Source: Hydrolagus colliei (taxonomy: Eukaryota). From it: a DNA stretch of 64,000 nucleotides. The notes under the pieces were generated by a model. That model did no database searches, was not told where the DNA came from, and saw only the letters and a program-made list of their open reading frames with translations. Shown here in pieces: positions 49,041 through 61,680 of the stretch. Location of the stretch: contig CM068757.1 in NCBI GenBank assembly GCA_035084275.1, positions 5,704,001-5,768,000 of the forward strand. The letters run 5' to 3'. The position numbers were made by a program, and so were the translations under genes. The number at the start of each line of letters is the position of its first letter. The first letter of the stretch is position 1.

Positions 49041-50825
49041 ATGTTAAAGCGGACTAGAATGCAGCGAGCAGCAGGTAGCTGCTTTGAAAAATCAGCTGCT
49101 TATTAATCACAAAAGTCGGTGTAGCGTGTAGAATAAAGACCACAAGACAGTCTGCAGACCCCAGTGGTCACTGCTACCCACCATGACAGACAGGATCCAC
49201 TTTAGGGGGAAAAAAACCTTTCAATCGGTTTAATTCTAAAGAATCATTGCCCCCCCAATCTGGGTAATAAAACGTTTGGCAGCAATTCAGACCGTAGAGT
49301 AGATAGTGGCAACAATATAATATGCCCCAGCAGATGTCACTGCACTCAGCTCTCCACTCCCTGTTCCAGACTGTCTTACCACTAGCACTTTGATGTGCAA
49401 AACAGTAGATTTCATCCGTCTTAAACAGAATTGATAGTTACATTGTCATTGGAATTGAGACCATCCTTTTTTATTTAAATTTTTTTTATATCGGAGTCTG
49501 CTTGGGTACCATCACACATAATGATAATAATAATCCTTACAATTGGTACAGTGCCTTTCACATCTTGAGGACTGGATGGATAAACCCATCATTTACAGTG
49601 TGCTCATTCGCAGTACTAAATATCACAGACTGTAGGTTAGAGATTTGCTCAGGAATTATGCTTGGGGTCATAATTAAGCATTTCAGATCATATGGGGACA
49701 GGGCCACGGTGACTGGCCTTTCCACCTTTGAAATCTCTTGTTGACAGCCAATAATACCTCGAAACGAGATGGTCTTATTCTATCGTAATCCAGCTCCCAG
49801 ATGCCATAGATGTAAAGCAGGAAATTACACACAGATTCTGCACTAACAACTCCCTAATTTACGGTGAGTTAGAGCAACCAAGAGAGAATAGGAAAGTCAC
49901 ACTGATTCATTAAGCTGGGGTTACGGTGAATTGTCATTGGATATAACAAGTGTTGGGTTCTCTCAACTAACACAAGTGTGGGTGTTGCCCTCGCCCAAAG
50001 AAACTGGAACAAAATCCCATTAGTCTGGAGTGTCATTGGCCATCACAATAACTGCATGTCTATCCCAAACTCTTGATACCAGTGACTCTCGCTGTCCACA
50101 AACTGGCTGCTGTGTTGGCTTACACATGCTGCACTTTACAGTAACTCCTGTGCAACGCTGTGAGATGTCTTTTATAGTGAAAAACGCTGTATCAAATGTA
50201 AGGATGACTATTTATTATCACTAACGTCACTTCGAAAATAGTCTGATCTACTCATAGAACAAAGGCTGTTGCTATTAGAAAGCTGCTGGAATTTTAGACG
50301 AAGATTTGTTATGCATAAAAATTGTTCAACATTACAACTGTTGAGTTAAGATTCTCTGGGATAATACAACATCTTTTATTGATATAGCAACCTTCACATA
50401 GGGTAATCTCAGAGCTCTCAGAAAGACAAAGTTGGAAAGGGGAAAGGGGAAGGTAACCGTACATACTGTGGGAGAGATAGGAATTATGGCAAGAAAGATA
50501 AAGAGTGGGGTGAAATAGAGAGGTAGAGGGAAGGAGTTTCACCTTCACCAGCAAAGAAATGTTTCCATTCTCACTTCTCCTCCTCCTCATTGACTTTCTT
50601 AAACTACAATTGAACACTGGCTTCTTCATCCTTGCCACAAAGCTCAATTATGGATTTTTGCATGTTGATGTTTTATTCAATTGCAAGTGTTATGAGCTAA
50701 ATGTGTTAGATTACAGCAACCCTTCAGCCTGGTCTCTGTGTATATCAATTCTAGGGTCTCCCAAACAGAGATTCCAAAGTGTATTTTATGGGCGATACAT
50801 ACATAGTTATTTTTATTTATTTTAG

Positions 50826-50957
50826 AAAGGGATTATTACTCCCAGATAGCAATTTGCCAACTGGATTCCTACTTACTGCTGGGTAAACAAAGGTGTGCGG
50901 AGTAAGGAACTTGCCTAAGGTTTCACCCTGACGGGAATCGAACCTGGGTCCTCTCAC
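50826..50957 (-). mobile_element. SINE A long form, 5' half
   Basis: GGATTCCTACTTACTGCTGGGTAAACAAAGGTGTGCGGAGTAAGGAACTTGCC...GGGAATCGAACCTGGGTC. Confidence 0.85.
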
Positions 50958-51852
50958 TGTCTGCAACGTGCCTCGAATTTGCCTCAAGTGAATTCATGCC
51001 TAGCTTGAAAACAGTGCTGAGTTCTGAATGTGTAGGAGACTCATGAAACTATATCTCAAGAACTAAGGCAGGAATAACCACTTCAAAGTCTTCAGGAAAA
51101 AAAACCTCAGAACAGTAGGTGTTTTACAGCTCTGTGGTGCAAGCAAATGGTTCAAGGTTAATGAAAGTTTTGATTTGTTTAAACCATTTTGCTCCACTTT
51201 GCATTTGTTCATTATGGATGTCTGCTCCACACGACTCCAATTCACTTCAGCCTCATTTATACCAGTACCTGGAGATGCTCCAGGAACCGTGAGCTGGCTG
51301 CTTACAAAGTCCCACTCACACCAGGACAGCTCTGATTAAAAATTACACGTCTGCCAAGCCATCGCCATTTACAGCTTGATTTCCACTGTGCTGCATAGAT
51401 ACAGTACATCATGATATGAATAAAGGTTTGGTGGAGGAATTTACACTGGAACTGCACAAAATAAACAGTGCGAGTCCCAAACCGCATCCCTGTTTCCCAC
51501 AACTGTAGGAACCTTAGGACCAGCTTTTCACCAGATCCATTTATTTCTAAATAACTGTAACAAGGCACATTGAAATTGATCCAGGTTTATACTAAATGTG
51601 AGCAAACAGAATGGTTACAATCTCAATGAAGATTCGCCATTTACATGGAGTTCGCCATTTACATATTTCAACAGCTGTGGGAACTGGTGTACGTTTCACT
51701 CCATAATGATTGTACAGCATCATCCACCTTCTCTGGGGAACGTGAGGAAATGTCAAAAGTCACGGACAATCATCCCTAACAAGACTTTCTCTCTTCTCTA
51801 AGGCCTAGAGGGTAAAGATACTAGCATCCTTAGCTGCACAAACCAGAGATGA

Positions 51853-52150
51853 TAATAATAATGATCCTTGAATTTGATACAGCACTTTTCACGTCTTCTG
51901 GATGTCTCAAAGCGGTTCACAGAATATACTGTCAAGTGAATTGACTGTATATTTGTGGGTGAAACGTGGCAACCAATTGCGCATAGCCGTGCCCCACAAA
52001 CAGTCGTGGATTGAAATGACCAGTTTTATTATTGAGTTTTTGTGGGGGGGGATTATTATTAGGCGTGTGGAGTAAGGAAACTTGCTCTGGATTCGAACAC
52101 AGGTCTCAAGCTTGTAAGACGAGTGCTCTAACCACTGAGCTACAGGACTC
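51853..52150 (-). mobile_element. SINE family A, short form
   Basis: Runs from the tail to the head GAGTGCTCTAACCACTGAGCTACAGGAC. Confidence 0.92.
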
Positions 52151-52154
52151 CATC

Positions 52155-52385
52155 CTAGTTTTGATTTGTTGTTTGCCAATTTCAGCCAGAGAAGCAGTTG
52201 GGGGCAATGCAACCAGCCTCAGTGTTCCTCAGACAAGTGGAGAGTTAAAAACAACAGCCTGAAATTACCTCAGGAAGGAGCTGGTCGAGATTTGGTGTGG
52301 ACAGGATCGGGCATGGCTGTGATGTCCCCATGGTTAAACAGCCTTCCAGGACATAATATCAAACTTAAACATGATAATAGCCAGA
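52155..52385 (+). mobile_element. AmnSINE2-like ancient SINE relic
   Basis: TTTCAGCCAG...CAGCCTCAGTGTTCC...GGTGTGGACAGGATCGGGCATGGCTGTGATGTCCCCATGGTTAAACAGCCT shares CAGCCTCAGTGT with 26170-26390(-) and matches the AmnSINE2 3' half as I recall it. Confidence 0.6.
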
Positions 52386-53303
52386 AACATACACAAACAT
52401 ACTCCAGCTGGTGAAAAAATATCCCAAACCTTCAGGGGGTAAGCTGAAGCCAAAAAAGCGGGTCTCTTATTCAACACAATAGATTCCCTTTATTGGCCAT
52501 TCGCTTCACAGCGGCTTGTTGGACTTTGCTATACATAAATTGGTTGCCGTGTTCGCCTAAACAATGTACAGCCACTCCACTTCAGAGTATCTAATAAAAA
52601 TAATCCTTGCCTTGAAGCATTTTCATACGTCCCCGTCCCCCCAGAATTGAAACGCGCTGTGCAAAATGTCACGATGCTCATCAATAAATACAGTCAGTGT
52701 TGCGATTTCTGCAGGAAGGTTTTGGTAGCTTAACGCAGGACTATTTCTACTTCAGAGCAACTCGCAAAGTAATTGTTAAATGCAAACCTCGGGACTAAAG
52801 TTTGCAGGCAATTACATCCTAATCTCCAGTGTGTCAATGAGGCAGGGTCTCATGGTTAATGCCCAGCACACGCAGTCAATCATATTTCATAAGAAAGAGT
52901 CACCAAAGGTCAATATCAGTCAATTCGGAGTTCAACACCCCAGCCTTGCTTTGAAAAACTGGTTGCGAGACATCCATTGCGAGGGGAAGCTGCTTTTTAT
53001 TCTAATGTGTTCATTATGAACAAAGCGAGAACACAGAATTAAAATTCAGAACACAAAATATTCAAAGATTATACAAATTGTGGCACATATTGGTCTATCT
53101 CCCAGGACTGAATTTGCATAATACTTTTATTTTTTGTTCCTCTGCACTCTCTTGCAAACTGTCTGCCACATCCCCCAGAAGGTTAGCGATAGAAGAAACA
53201 AAGGGCTCGAGAAGTGCTGTCTTCAGACTTTTACTCTTCAGGCAACACTTTTGATGACTGCAAATTATGCCTCTATGGGGATTAGAAAATGTCAATTTGT
53301 TTT

Positions 53304-53307
<4 letters not shown>

Positions 53308-53340
<33 letters not shown>
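53308..53340. repeat. (TG)n microsatellite
   Basis: Direct reading. Confidence 0.95.
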
Positions 53341-53343
<3 letters not shown>

Positions 53344-53714
53344 AGCACTTCAGAGGGTGAGATGTGATGAGAAAACTTGAAAACAAGGCAAAAACGCAGG
53401 GAGCAGCCTAGCCAGCACTATTACAGAGGGTTAACTAAATCAAGCACTGCCATTCAGGTCTTGTTGCAGTCTGTAACTCGCATGTTTACCCACACCAATC
53501 AGGTAAGAGACCTTGAACGTATGTATACAAACAGGAATCATGTCAGATCTGGTGCTAAGCTGAAATGGTGTCTTCACATCTTCTCTCTGTTGCAACAATC
53601 ATTAATTGGCTGTACTCAGTTATTCAGCTTGTGAATTGAGGGCAAATTCAATAGCGCTCAGTGAATTTCAGCAGTTTGGAAAATGCAATCAAAATGCTCA
53701 TTCGTAAAGCATTT

Positions 53715-53920
53715 GCTGAAATCCTCGCTTATTTACATCTTCAAATCTCTCCAAGGTCTCATATCAACCCATCTATACAATCGTAAACAAGCCTCTATTT
53801 CACCCATGCCTTCTGCTCTTCCTACTCTGGTCTATTGTTTCCTCCCCCACTTCCTTGGTGCCATTGTCAACAATCTTTCAGCCACCATGTCCCTGTCTTC
53901 CGAAACTCTGTTCCAAACCC
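53715..53920 (+). mobile_element. Old L2 ORF2 C-terminal fragment
   Basis: ATCTTCAAATCTCTCCAAGGTCTC (IFKSLQGL), CCTACTCTGGTCTATTG and CTTTCAGCCAC...AACTCTGTTCC, a decayed FSH..P..WNSLP. Confidence 0.6.
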
Positions 53921-54391
53921 ACTTTTGTGCATAGGCTTTTGGGTGATGCCAATAGAGTCTTGTGCTGCCATTTGAAATGAACCTAAGACAAAGCAGATTC
54001 CTGCTGCTATTACCATTCCTTGAACAGGCATAGCATGGCTTTTGGCAGAGCTGGATTCAGTGTCTTCTGTGTTCATAACAGACTCTGTGTATTTAAGAGT
54101 GTACGGCTCTATATGGGTTTGCTGTCCATCTGGTTCACACAAAATCACTTGGGATGATTTATCTTTGGTTGAGAACATCTCTCAGGGTTAATAGAAAGTG
54201 TTAAAGCAAAGCAGTTTATTGTGAAATATAAAGGAGGCCATTTGCAACTTCATCTCAACCTTCCAAAATATTCCCTATCTTCTTTCTGTGATAACACAAA
54301 TCTGCTTTATGTAATGAGTCCAATGTCCTGACCTCTACATACTTGATAACCTGTTGATCATCACCTGTGCAAAAAAACACCTCCTCATTTC

Positions 54392-54422
54392 TATATATAT
54401 ATATATATCTATATATATATAT
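54392..54422. repeat. Interrupted (TA)n microsatellite
   Basis: Direct reading. Confidence 0.9.
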
Positions 54423-55741
54423 GAAAGCCTTAGGTATGTTTCCGCAATTGTAAAAATGAACTTCTAAAAGGAAAACAAAATCCAATACATCTTAAAAAAA
54501 ACAAAGAAAAACAAGCCAATGATTAAAGCGCACCCTTCTTTTTGTAAACAACAAATACATTATTTTAAAAAAGTTTAGAAATATATGAATAAATGTGTTC
54601 AAAAACACTAGGCCACGTATGTTACCCAGGGGTATAGCTAGTTGGTTCAAAAATTATGAAAAATGGCCAGGATATTCCTACCAGACTCTGGAATAAAGCT
54701 CACATCACTTTGAATTTGGAGTTATCGTGCTTCAGATCAATACTTCTCAACAGGACAGTTACACTCTCCCCCCACTCTCTCTCTCTCTCTCTTGTCAGGA
54801 ACTGCCAGGTGGCTCATCATTTTTTTTCCTAAAACAAAGAACATATTTTGTCTTTGACAATTACATGGCAGACTTTTCTCGTCCATCACTTTTCGTAGCA
54901 ATAATCAAAACAGCAAGCAAACATGTCACCCTTAAAGGGTGTCTGTCGCTTTGCATTGGTGAACAAAGCGGATTAATTGGACATATTTTGACGTTCGACG
55001 AAGTTGAAAGAGAAAATCAAACAAACCACTCGGATAGGAACTGTTGTCAGTGGGAAATTTGGTCCCATTGTTTCTGTTTACGAGACAAACAAGCGCTTCA
55101 TTGTATAAAGATGAAGGACTTTCTATCAGTGCAGAAAAGATATGTAATATGAAGTGTATGACCAGCCTTGGGGAAATATATAGAGATGGATTAAAAGATA
55201 ACAATTCAAATAAACAAACAAGGCAGCAAAATAAACCCTCCTAACTTAACATCCTGAAACAAAACATTTGATTATTTTATTAAATAGAAAATCGTCATCC
55301 CAGAACCATCTCAAACACTTCCACGCAATTGTATCAAGTCAGCAACCCCCTATAGATCTCACCACAGATTCCACAATTGTCAGAAAAGGGAATGAGTAAC
55401 AAAGCAGGCTCTGAATTGACTAAGAACCACGCTGGAAGAGATAAAACACCACAACCCATCAGCAGCCACAATCACCAAATGCCTATTGAATCCTGTTAAC
55501 ACTATCCTCAGATTAAATAATTGCAAACATATCACGAGACATTGCCTTATGGGGCTTCAATGGTGCTGCTGTGAATTTTATTTCATAGTATTTTTTATTG
55601 CAAGCAATGTGTTATGAAATGTCTGGAAATTCAACCAGTGCTTGCTTGATAGATGGAAGCAGAAAGTCGCCAAGAACCTAAAGTGCTACAGAATTGGTAG
55701 CCACTCTAAAATACCTGAGTGGTTCAAGGCAAACCTTCCAA

Positions 55742-55880
55742 CGTCATGGATTGAAGTGACCAAAATGTATTATTTTTTTGAATGAATTATTACCCCCAGA
55801 AAAGCCATCCGCCAATTAACTAATAACCGTGTTTACTGCTAGATAAACAGAGGGGTGTAGAGTAAGGAAAATTGCCAAAC
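55742..55880 (-). mobile_element. SINE A long form, central fragment
   Basis: GTCATGGATTGAAGTGACCAA...TTACCCCCAGAAA...ACTGCTAGATAAACAGAGG...GAGTAAGGAAA. Confidence 0.8.
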
Positions 55881-56989
55881 ATTTGGCGGCAACACAGAGC
55901 ATAGCAACAGATGGGGGAGACATCAGGCAATTCAAATGAGGGAGGGAGTGAGGACAGGCAACAAGTTGGGGTTCGTCACCAACTCAGAGCAGAAGTCTGG
56001 TCGCAGTGGTATACCAATGGTCAAGGTGTTGAGGCCAACTTGCCACCTACCCACTTGGGTAAAGTTAATTCATGGCCCAAGCAGACTAAGAGGGAAAAAA
56101 AGGTGGAGGGAAAGGAAACAAATGCATGAGGAGGGAGTTTGCCTTAGACTCAAAGATGGACACTTAAAGATCATATTTATTCTATTGCAAGATGTAATAC
56201 TCGATGACTCAAGGTAATGAGATCTAAAGCGCATATGGAAATTAATTAGAAAACAAATTCTCAGTAAGTCAAAAAGGAGTTCCATCTTTGTGAAGCGTCA
56301 GCAGAATAATCATCTTGCTGCCCGGAATAGATTACAAATTGTGCAAATTAAACTAATTTACATATGCAAATGATATTGGATGGAAAATAGATTATTCTCC
56401 ATACCTAAATTTCAGTTGGTGCTATCTTTATAGAACTTCATCATTGTTAATGGGTATATCAGATCCATACTTGTAATAATTAGCCCTACATTATTATGCA
56501 AATTAAGTTAATTACAAAATATACTTTTGCCTATAGCTCAGAGTTTTTAATTCCTGTCTTCATAAATCTTGTCAATAATATAAATGAGGTCGCTATTAGC
56601 TCAACGCTAAAAGGGTTTGCAGTAATGCATTATAAAGTACATTTCAGTCCTCCTTTTAATCAAATGAGTGTTGTTTTATGTAACTATCACAAATAAAGAA
56701 GCTACTTTAAGTGCCTGAGAAAAGTAAACATGTTTTGTTTCTACATCAGGAGGCCAACGACAACAATAAAATTACATACGTATAGTGGCTTTCATCATGT
56801 CGGGCGGATGTCCCAACTCACAAAAGGGCTTTACTGTAAAGTGGAATGATGGCATATTTGTAGGCAAAATGTATGACACCATATTTATTACACCATGTGT
56901 GAATAATTTACAGGACAACAGAGATGAAACAAATCATTAATGAAAATGGTTGAAAAATATCAGTCGATTTACTGTGTTCCCTGATTTAA

Positions 56990-57173
56990 AAGAAATAATT
57001 TGGTCACTCAATCCATGACCTTTAGTAGGACACTGATGTGCGTAATTAATTGGCTGCCGTGTTTTTCCCGTAAAATATATGCTGTTGATCCACTCTACAC
57101 TGTATCCTGTGAAATGCTTTGAGATGTCTCGCAACGTGACAAGGCACATTATCAAATGTGAGATTATTATTAT
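56990..57173 (+). mobile_element. SINE tail fragment
   Basis: TTGGTCACTCAATCCATGAC...TTTGAGATGTCTC...ATCAAATGTGAGATTATTATT. Confidence 0.75.
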
Positions 57174-58255
57174 AAGATCATAAGATGTTCATTTGTCATC
57201 TGGTGCTCAAAAGGATCAAGCTTAGTGATGAATGCAAACCAAACCTCTAATGATATTAATATCCTAATAGCATTATTGCTGTCAGAATGACTAAGATTGC
57301 AATTCTATCCATAGAATTCTAGCCAACTAGATCGTATAATTTTGGCTGTGTTTATACTAATTACATGCAGGGCAGGGTGCTCAGGCAGGCACACTTTCAG
57401 ACCAAATCCACACTATTAGCCAACTCGTCATGTCCAGAGTTCAGACAATAGGTGGCATTTTCGAATTTCCGTGTTCATCAAGCGCGCATTGACCGTGATT
57501 CTTTCACTCTTTTTGGATTGCATTCAACAAATGCTCTTTCTCCTAGTGTTTCAGAACTCTTTGGCTGACGCGGGCATACTATCAGCAGCTTAAGCCGTGT
57601 ACAGCCGTGTACCACATCCCTGGCCTGCCAGTAAGTTAAGATATTTTATTGCATGAAACGAGAGGATACGTTGATTTAAGTAGCGCTGTTGCACCTGCAG
57701 ACCACAGGCTACAGAGTCAGACCCCATTACCTGTGCTGTCAGCTTTGATCATAGGGTCGGTGTTGCCTGCCACACTGAGTGGTAATCGGTTTCCTGGGTC
57801 TCACTGTCTCATCTACATCCAGCGCAGCATCCAAAGCTGTGGCAAAATGAAAAGCCAGTTGAGCAGGCACTCAGCAGTCTTGAGTCTCTGCACTGCTGCT
57901 GTCCCCGAACAGGCTAACCAGCCAAACACTGCTAGCATTTCCTTTTAGGAAACAAGACATCTGATGGGGAAAGCATTTTGCCACCAGTTACGATATATTT
58001 TGTCTTAATCTGCTTCTCTTCCTTCTATGGAACCTCTGAATTCTAAGGGAAGGCTCCAGATCACAGCTTGTTAGGCTCCAAATGACATTTCCTGATCGGT
58101 GTAGAGTTGTAGCGCAGTGAAAGTCCCATCAGTGCTTGCTTTGCTGAATGACAGCTGCAAAGTCACACTACAGCAGTGATCAGTGCTCGCAGTGATCTAG
58201 ATAAAATATCGACAACAGTGCCTGAGCAAGTGACAAGGATATTACTTCATAATAA

Positions 58256-58462
58256 GAATAATAATCCTTCCAAAAAATCCACAATAGTAAAATTGGTCAT
58301 TTCAATCCACGACTGTTTGTGGGACACTGCTGTGCGCAATTGGCTGCCGCGTCTCACCCAATACAATCAATTCACTTTACAGTATATTCTGTCAAGCGCT
58401 TTGAAATGTCTCGAAGGCGTGAAAAGCACCATATCAAAATGAAAGTATCACATTATTATTAT
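58256..58462 (+). mobile_element. SINE A 3' half (low divergence)
   Basis: AAATTGGTCATTTCAATCCACGACTGTTTGTGGGACACTGCTGTGCGCAATTGGCTGCCGCG...GTGAAAAGCACCATATCAAA. Confidence 0.9.
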
Positions 58463-60392
58463 ATTGACCAACCATTTAGACCAATACAAAGTCAAACCAA
58501 GGCACAACAGCATTGGTACAAAGAACCAGATGTGTAATCCTCAAACCCTGGCAGTGTTCATTCGTGCAGACAACAGAGCAACATTTCGGAAGTGATTCGC
58601 ACTCGTTAGGCAACAGGGCGAGTTTTTCCCACAAGATCAAATGCAGAAATCAGAAACTCTGCATGATAACCAGACACAGAATATAGCACTGCTGATAAAG
58701 GGAGCTTTTCTCAAAGGTTGTCGCTCTTGAAGTGCTAATTCCAGCCAAAGAGTCCGAAAAATACGTCGTAGACCTGTCACTCAAGCATTGGGTAAAAGCT
58801 TCCATCTCATTATCATTGCATCTGTTACTTTCTTACAAGTTTATTCACCTCGACCTCCTATCGCACCTACCTGCCTGCACACTCACAATACTTTACAGTA
58901 AACTCCTATGAAGTGTGTTGAGACGTCTCAATGAGGCGCTGTGTCAAATGCAGAGACTGTCGTTACATCTGTCTAAATGAAATACATTGCTTAGGATTTC
59001 TTGAATTAAACACAGGATTTAAAAAATATATTGGGTCTTTTCAGAAATGTCGCCAACAACTGTCAACGGATCACAAAATAATGAAGAAGGCACTTTGCCG
59101 AATTTTTTTATATCTCACTCGGAACACAAACCTGACCATCTTCCCATTATAGCATCAAGTTGTACCTTAAGCAAGTCCACCTCTCCCGATAATTACCTTG
59201 CGAGCAAATAATGACTTTCTGACGTTCCCCATGCGGATGAATATAAGGAAAAGATCAGGGTTGGATGTCACACTTTCGATGGTTTAACAGTGATGTTCAC
59301 CGTCCGTGCTTACACACACAGAAGGGCCACTTGCAGCAATCAGAGTAACTGAAACCCGTGGATCAAGACTCCAGCAGGAGCCAGACTTCAGCTTCATAGG
59401 AGGAAAATGAACACCAGTTCCTTCATCTGTAACACAGCTTGCCCTGCTCTCAAATATGTACTACACGGCTCTAATCGGTATTCTTTCCAAGCCTGAGAGT
59501 TATCCCTGAAGTCATGCAGTCAGCAATTGTTTTTATATATTTTTTAAGAAATCTGGGTACTTTATTTATTTTTAAAAACATATTGTATGCCTTCCTGCCC
59601 TGCTTCAACTATGGCTGTGAGATTGTGTTACATCGATGAACGCAGCAGCCAATGTGGATGCAGCGATGTCCCACCAAAGGCCATGAAGTGAGTGACCAAT
59701 TTTATCTCGGACATTGTTTGCCGGGTCACCGAGAGAAACTCTTTTACAGAGTCGGTGTAAAGAAGAGGCCGTGCAAAATTATTTGCGACAATTTTGAGTA
59801 TTAAATAAATGCACAATAAACTGAACATACAATCGTAATAGAACAAAAGCCCCTTCAGCCAACAGTCAACAAAACGCTGTGCAATTCAGTGCTTCACTCG
59901 GCCTGAAATCAACTGAGTCCAGGATTATATTACACTGCAAAGGAAAAATATCTGGAGAAATGTAATCAATGGTAGCACAGATAAACCAAAGGCTATTTGA
60001 CATTACTCACCACGCAACAATTCCAGCCAATTTCATAGCACGTTAGCTCTGCCACAACTTTATACCCTTCTCTACTGTGTGTCTAATTATTCCTGTCATG
60101 TCGAGGGAAGATACACAAAAAAAAAATCACAGAAAATCGATTAGGCTGCTAATGCACAATCTTCTGCTTTTGCTTTCACGTAAAGCTAAACAATATATTC
60201 TCACCTGGCATGGAGACAGAAACCAAAGATCTCAAGGTGTGCAGGTTCAAAAGTTACCTGGAAGAAGACAGGTGCCTGTCTCACATACCATGATACCCCC
60301 TCTCTTCCTACCTTCAGGTCTCAGTTAAAGACTTTTATTTTCGACCGCGCTTTTGGTCACCTTCTTCCCCCTTCCCATAATCAAGGTCTCCA

Positions 60393-60860
60393 CAACAACA
60401 AAATGACAGTTATATAGCACTTTTTACAGCAGGAGGATGTCTCAAAGTGCTGGACAATCAGTGTTTTGGACCCAAGATGGGGGTTGGGATCGGGGAAGGT
60501 GAAGGGTAGAGTGGGGAAGGAGGGTCTTGAAACAGGTCTTGGGCAAGGCAAGGGAGTGGGAGAGATTGTGGGATGGAGTTCCAGAGGTTGGGGGCAGGGT
60601 GTCTGAAGGCGCGCCCGCCAACGGTGAGGCCGGTGATGACCTGCAGCCTACGAGGGAGGAGTGGGGGAGGCCGACAAGCAGGGTTTGAGTTGTGGAGCCT
60701 GGAGATTATGAATGTGTTTATAAGGGTCTTGACGGCCTGCAGTGTGAGACAGTGGAGGAGCCGGGTGATATTGCAAGGCCGGGAGAAGGCAGAGGAGGTC
60801 ATGGCACGGATGTAGAGTAGAAAGCAGGGTCAAACAAGATGGCGAGGTTCTGGACTGACT
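60393..60860 (-). mobile_element. L2 LINE 3' portion with tail
   Basis: The minus-strand ORF includes AVKTLINTFIISRLHNSN (L2 ETLIHAFI.SRLDY.N) and TVGGRAFRHPAPNLWNSIP; the L2 tail lies at 60393-60452. Confidence 0.88.
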
Positions 60861-61549
60861 CAGTGAGGGAGAGTGTACATCCTTAGATGGTTATGAGGAG
60901 CGGATGTGCTGACGGGATATAAAATATCTGTTAATCACTGCACGCACTGAGTATAGCCAGTTTACTCTAAAATTCAATGCTTATTTCAGTGCATACATGC
61001 CTGCATGTAAATATTGATACTCTGTGGATTCAACAGAGGAAAAAGAGACAATTCAATGGAATCTACTACTTGCAGATGACCTAAAATAGCAATCTTCTTC
61101 AGCTAAATATTTACAATTGGAAATTCCAATGGAAAGACAATGGAAAAAATGTGCTTTTATAAGCAGTGAAAATAGTTTTGAAGAGGACAGTAACACACTT
61201 TTGCTGGCCTGTTGCCATAAGACTGTAAGCCTGAAAGCAATCCATGGTACAGTAATAGGTTTGATCTAAAATGAAGCATAGCAGCTTTTAAAATACATTC
61301 ACTTCAAGGCTGTTTGTGGGACATTGCGGAAATGCACAATTGATGGTATTAATTTGCCCTAAACAACATTTGAAAAAGCAATACGACTCTGCCACTATGT
61401 GCATAAATATTTGAAGCATCCAATTAAATCATACGTACTTTTAAAATCTGCGATTGCAGAAAGTGATATACTGCAATTTATATTGTTATGGATTCCTGTG
61501 GGTTGATGTGTCTGGGCAAAGGGCATTTATTGACAAATATATCCATAAT

Positions 61550-61680
61550 AATGATAGTAATCCTTGCATTTGTGTTTAGCGCCTTATCGCATCTTTGAGA
61601 CGTTTCAAAGCGCTTCACAGAATATACGGTAAAGTGAATTAATTGTATATTTTGTGGGCAAAATATGTTATCAATTGGCA
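61550..61680 (-). mobile_element. SINE A 3' tail fragment
   Basis: TAATCCTTGCATTTG...TCAAAGCGCTTCACAGAATATACGGTAAAGTGAATT. Confidence 0.85.

Noticed and set aside
53095-53367. Protein-like ORFs on both strands (ALLEPFVSSIANLLGDV...; KGLEKCCLQ...)
   Set aside because: No recognisable family, the insulin/relaxin cysteine spacing is not met, the splice signals are weak, and the plus-strand ORF runs into a (TG)n microsatellite.
59628-59650. Resemblance to the 5.8S rRNA motif CATCGATGAAGAACGCAGC
   Set aside because: Only a short gapped match, lying inside a minus-strand Deu-SINE tail fragment, with no flanking rRNA sequence.
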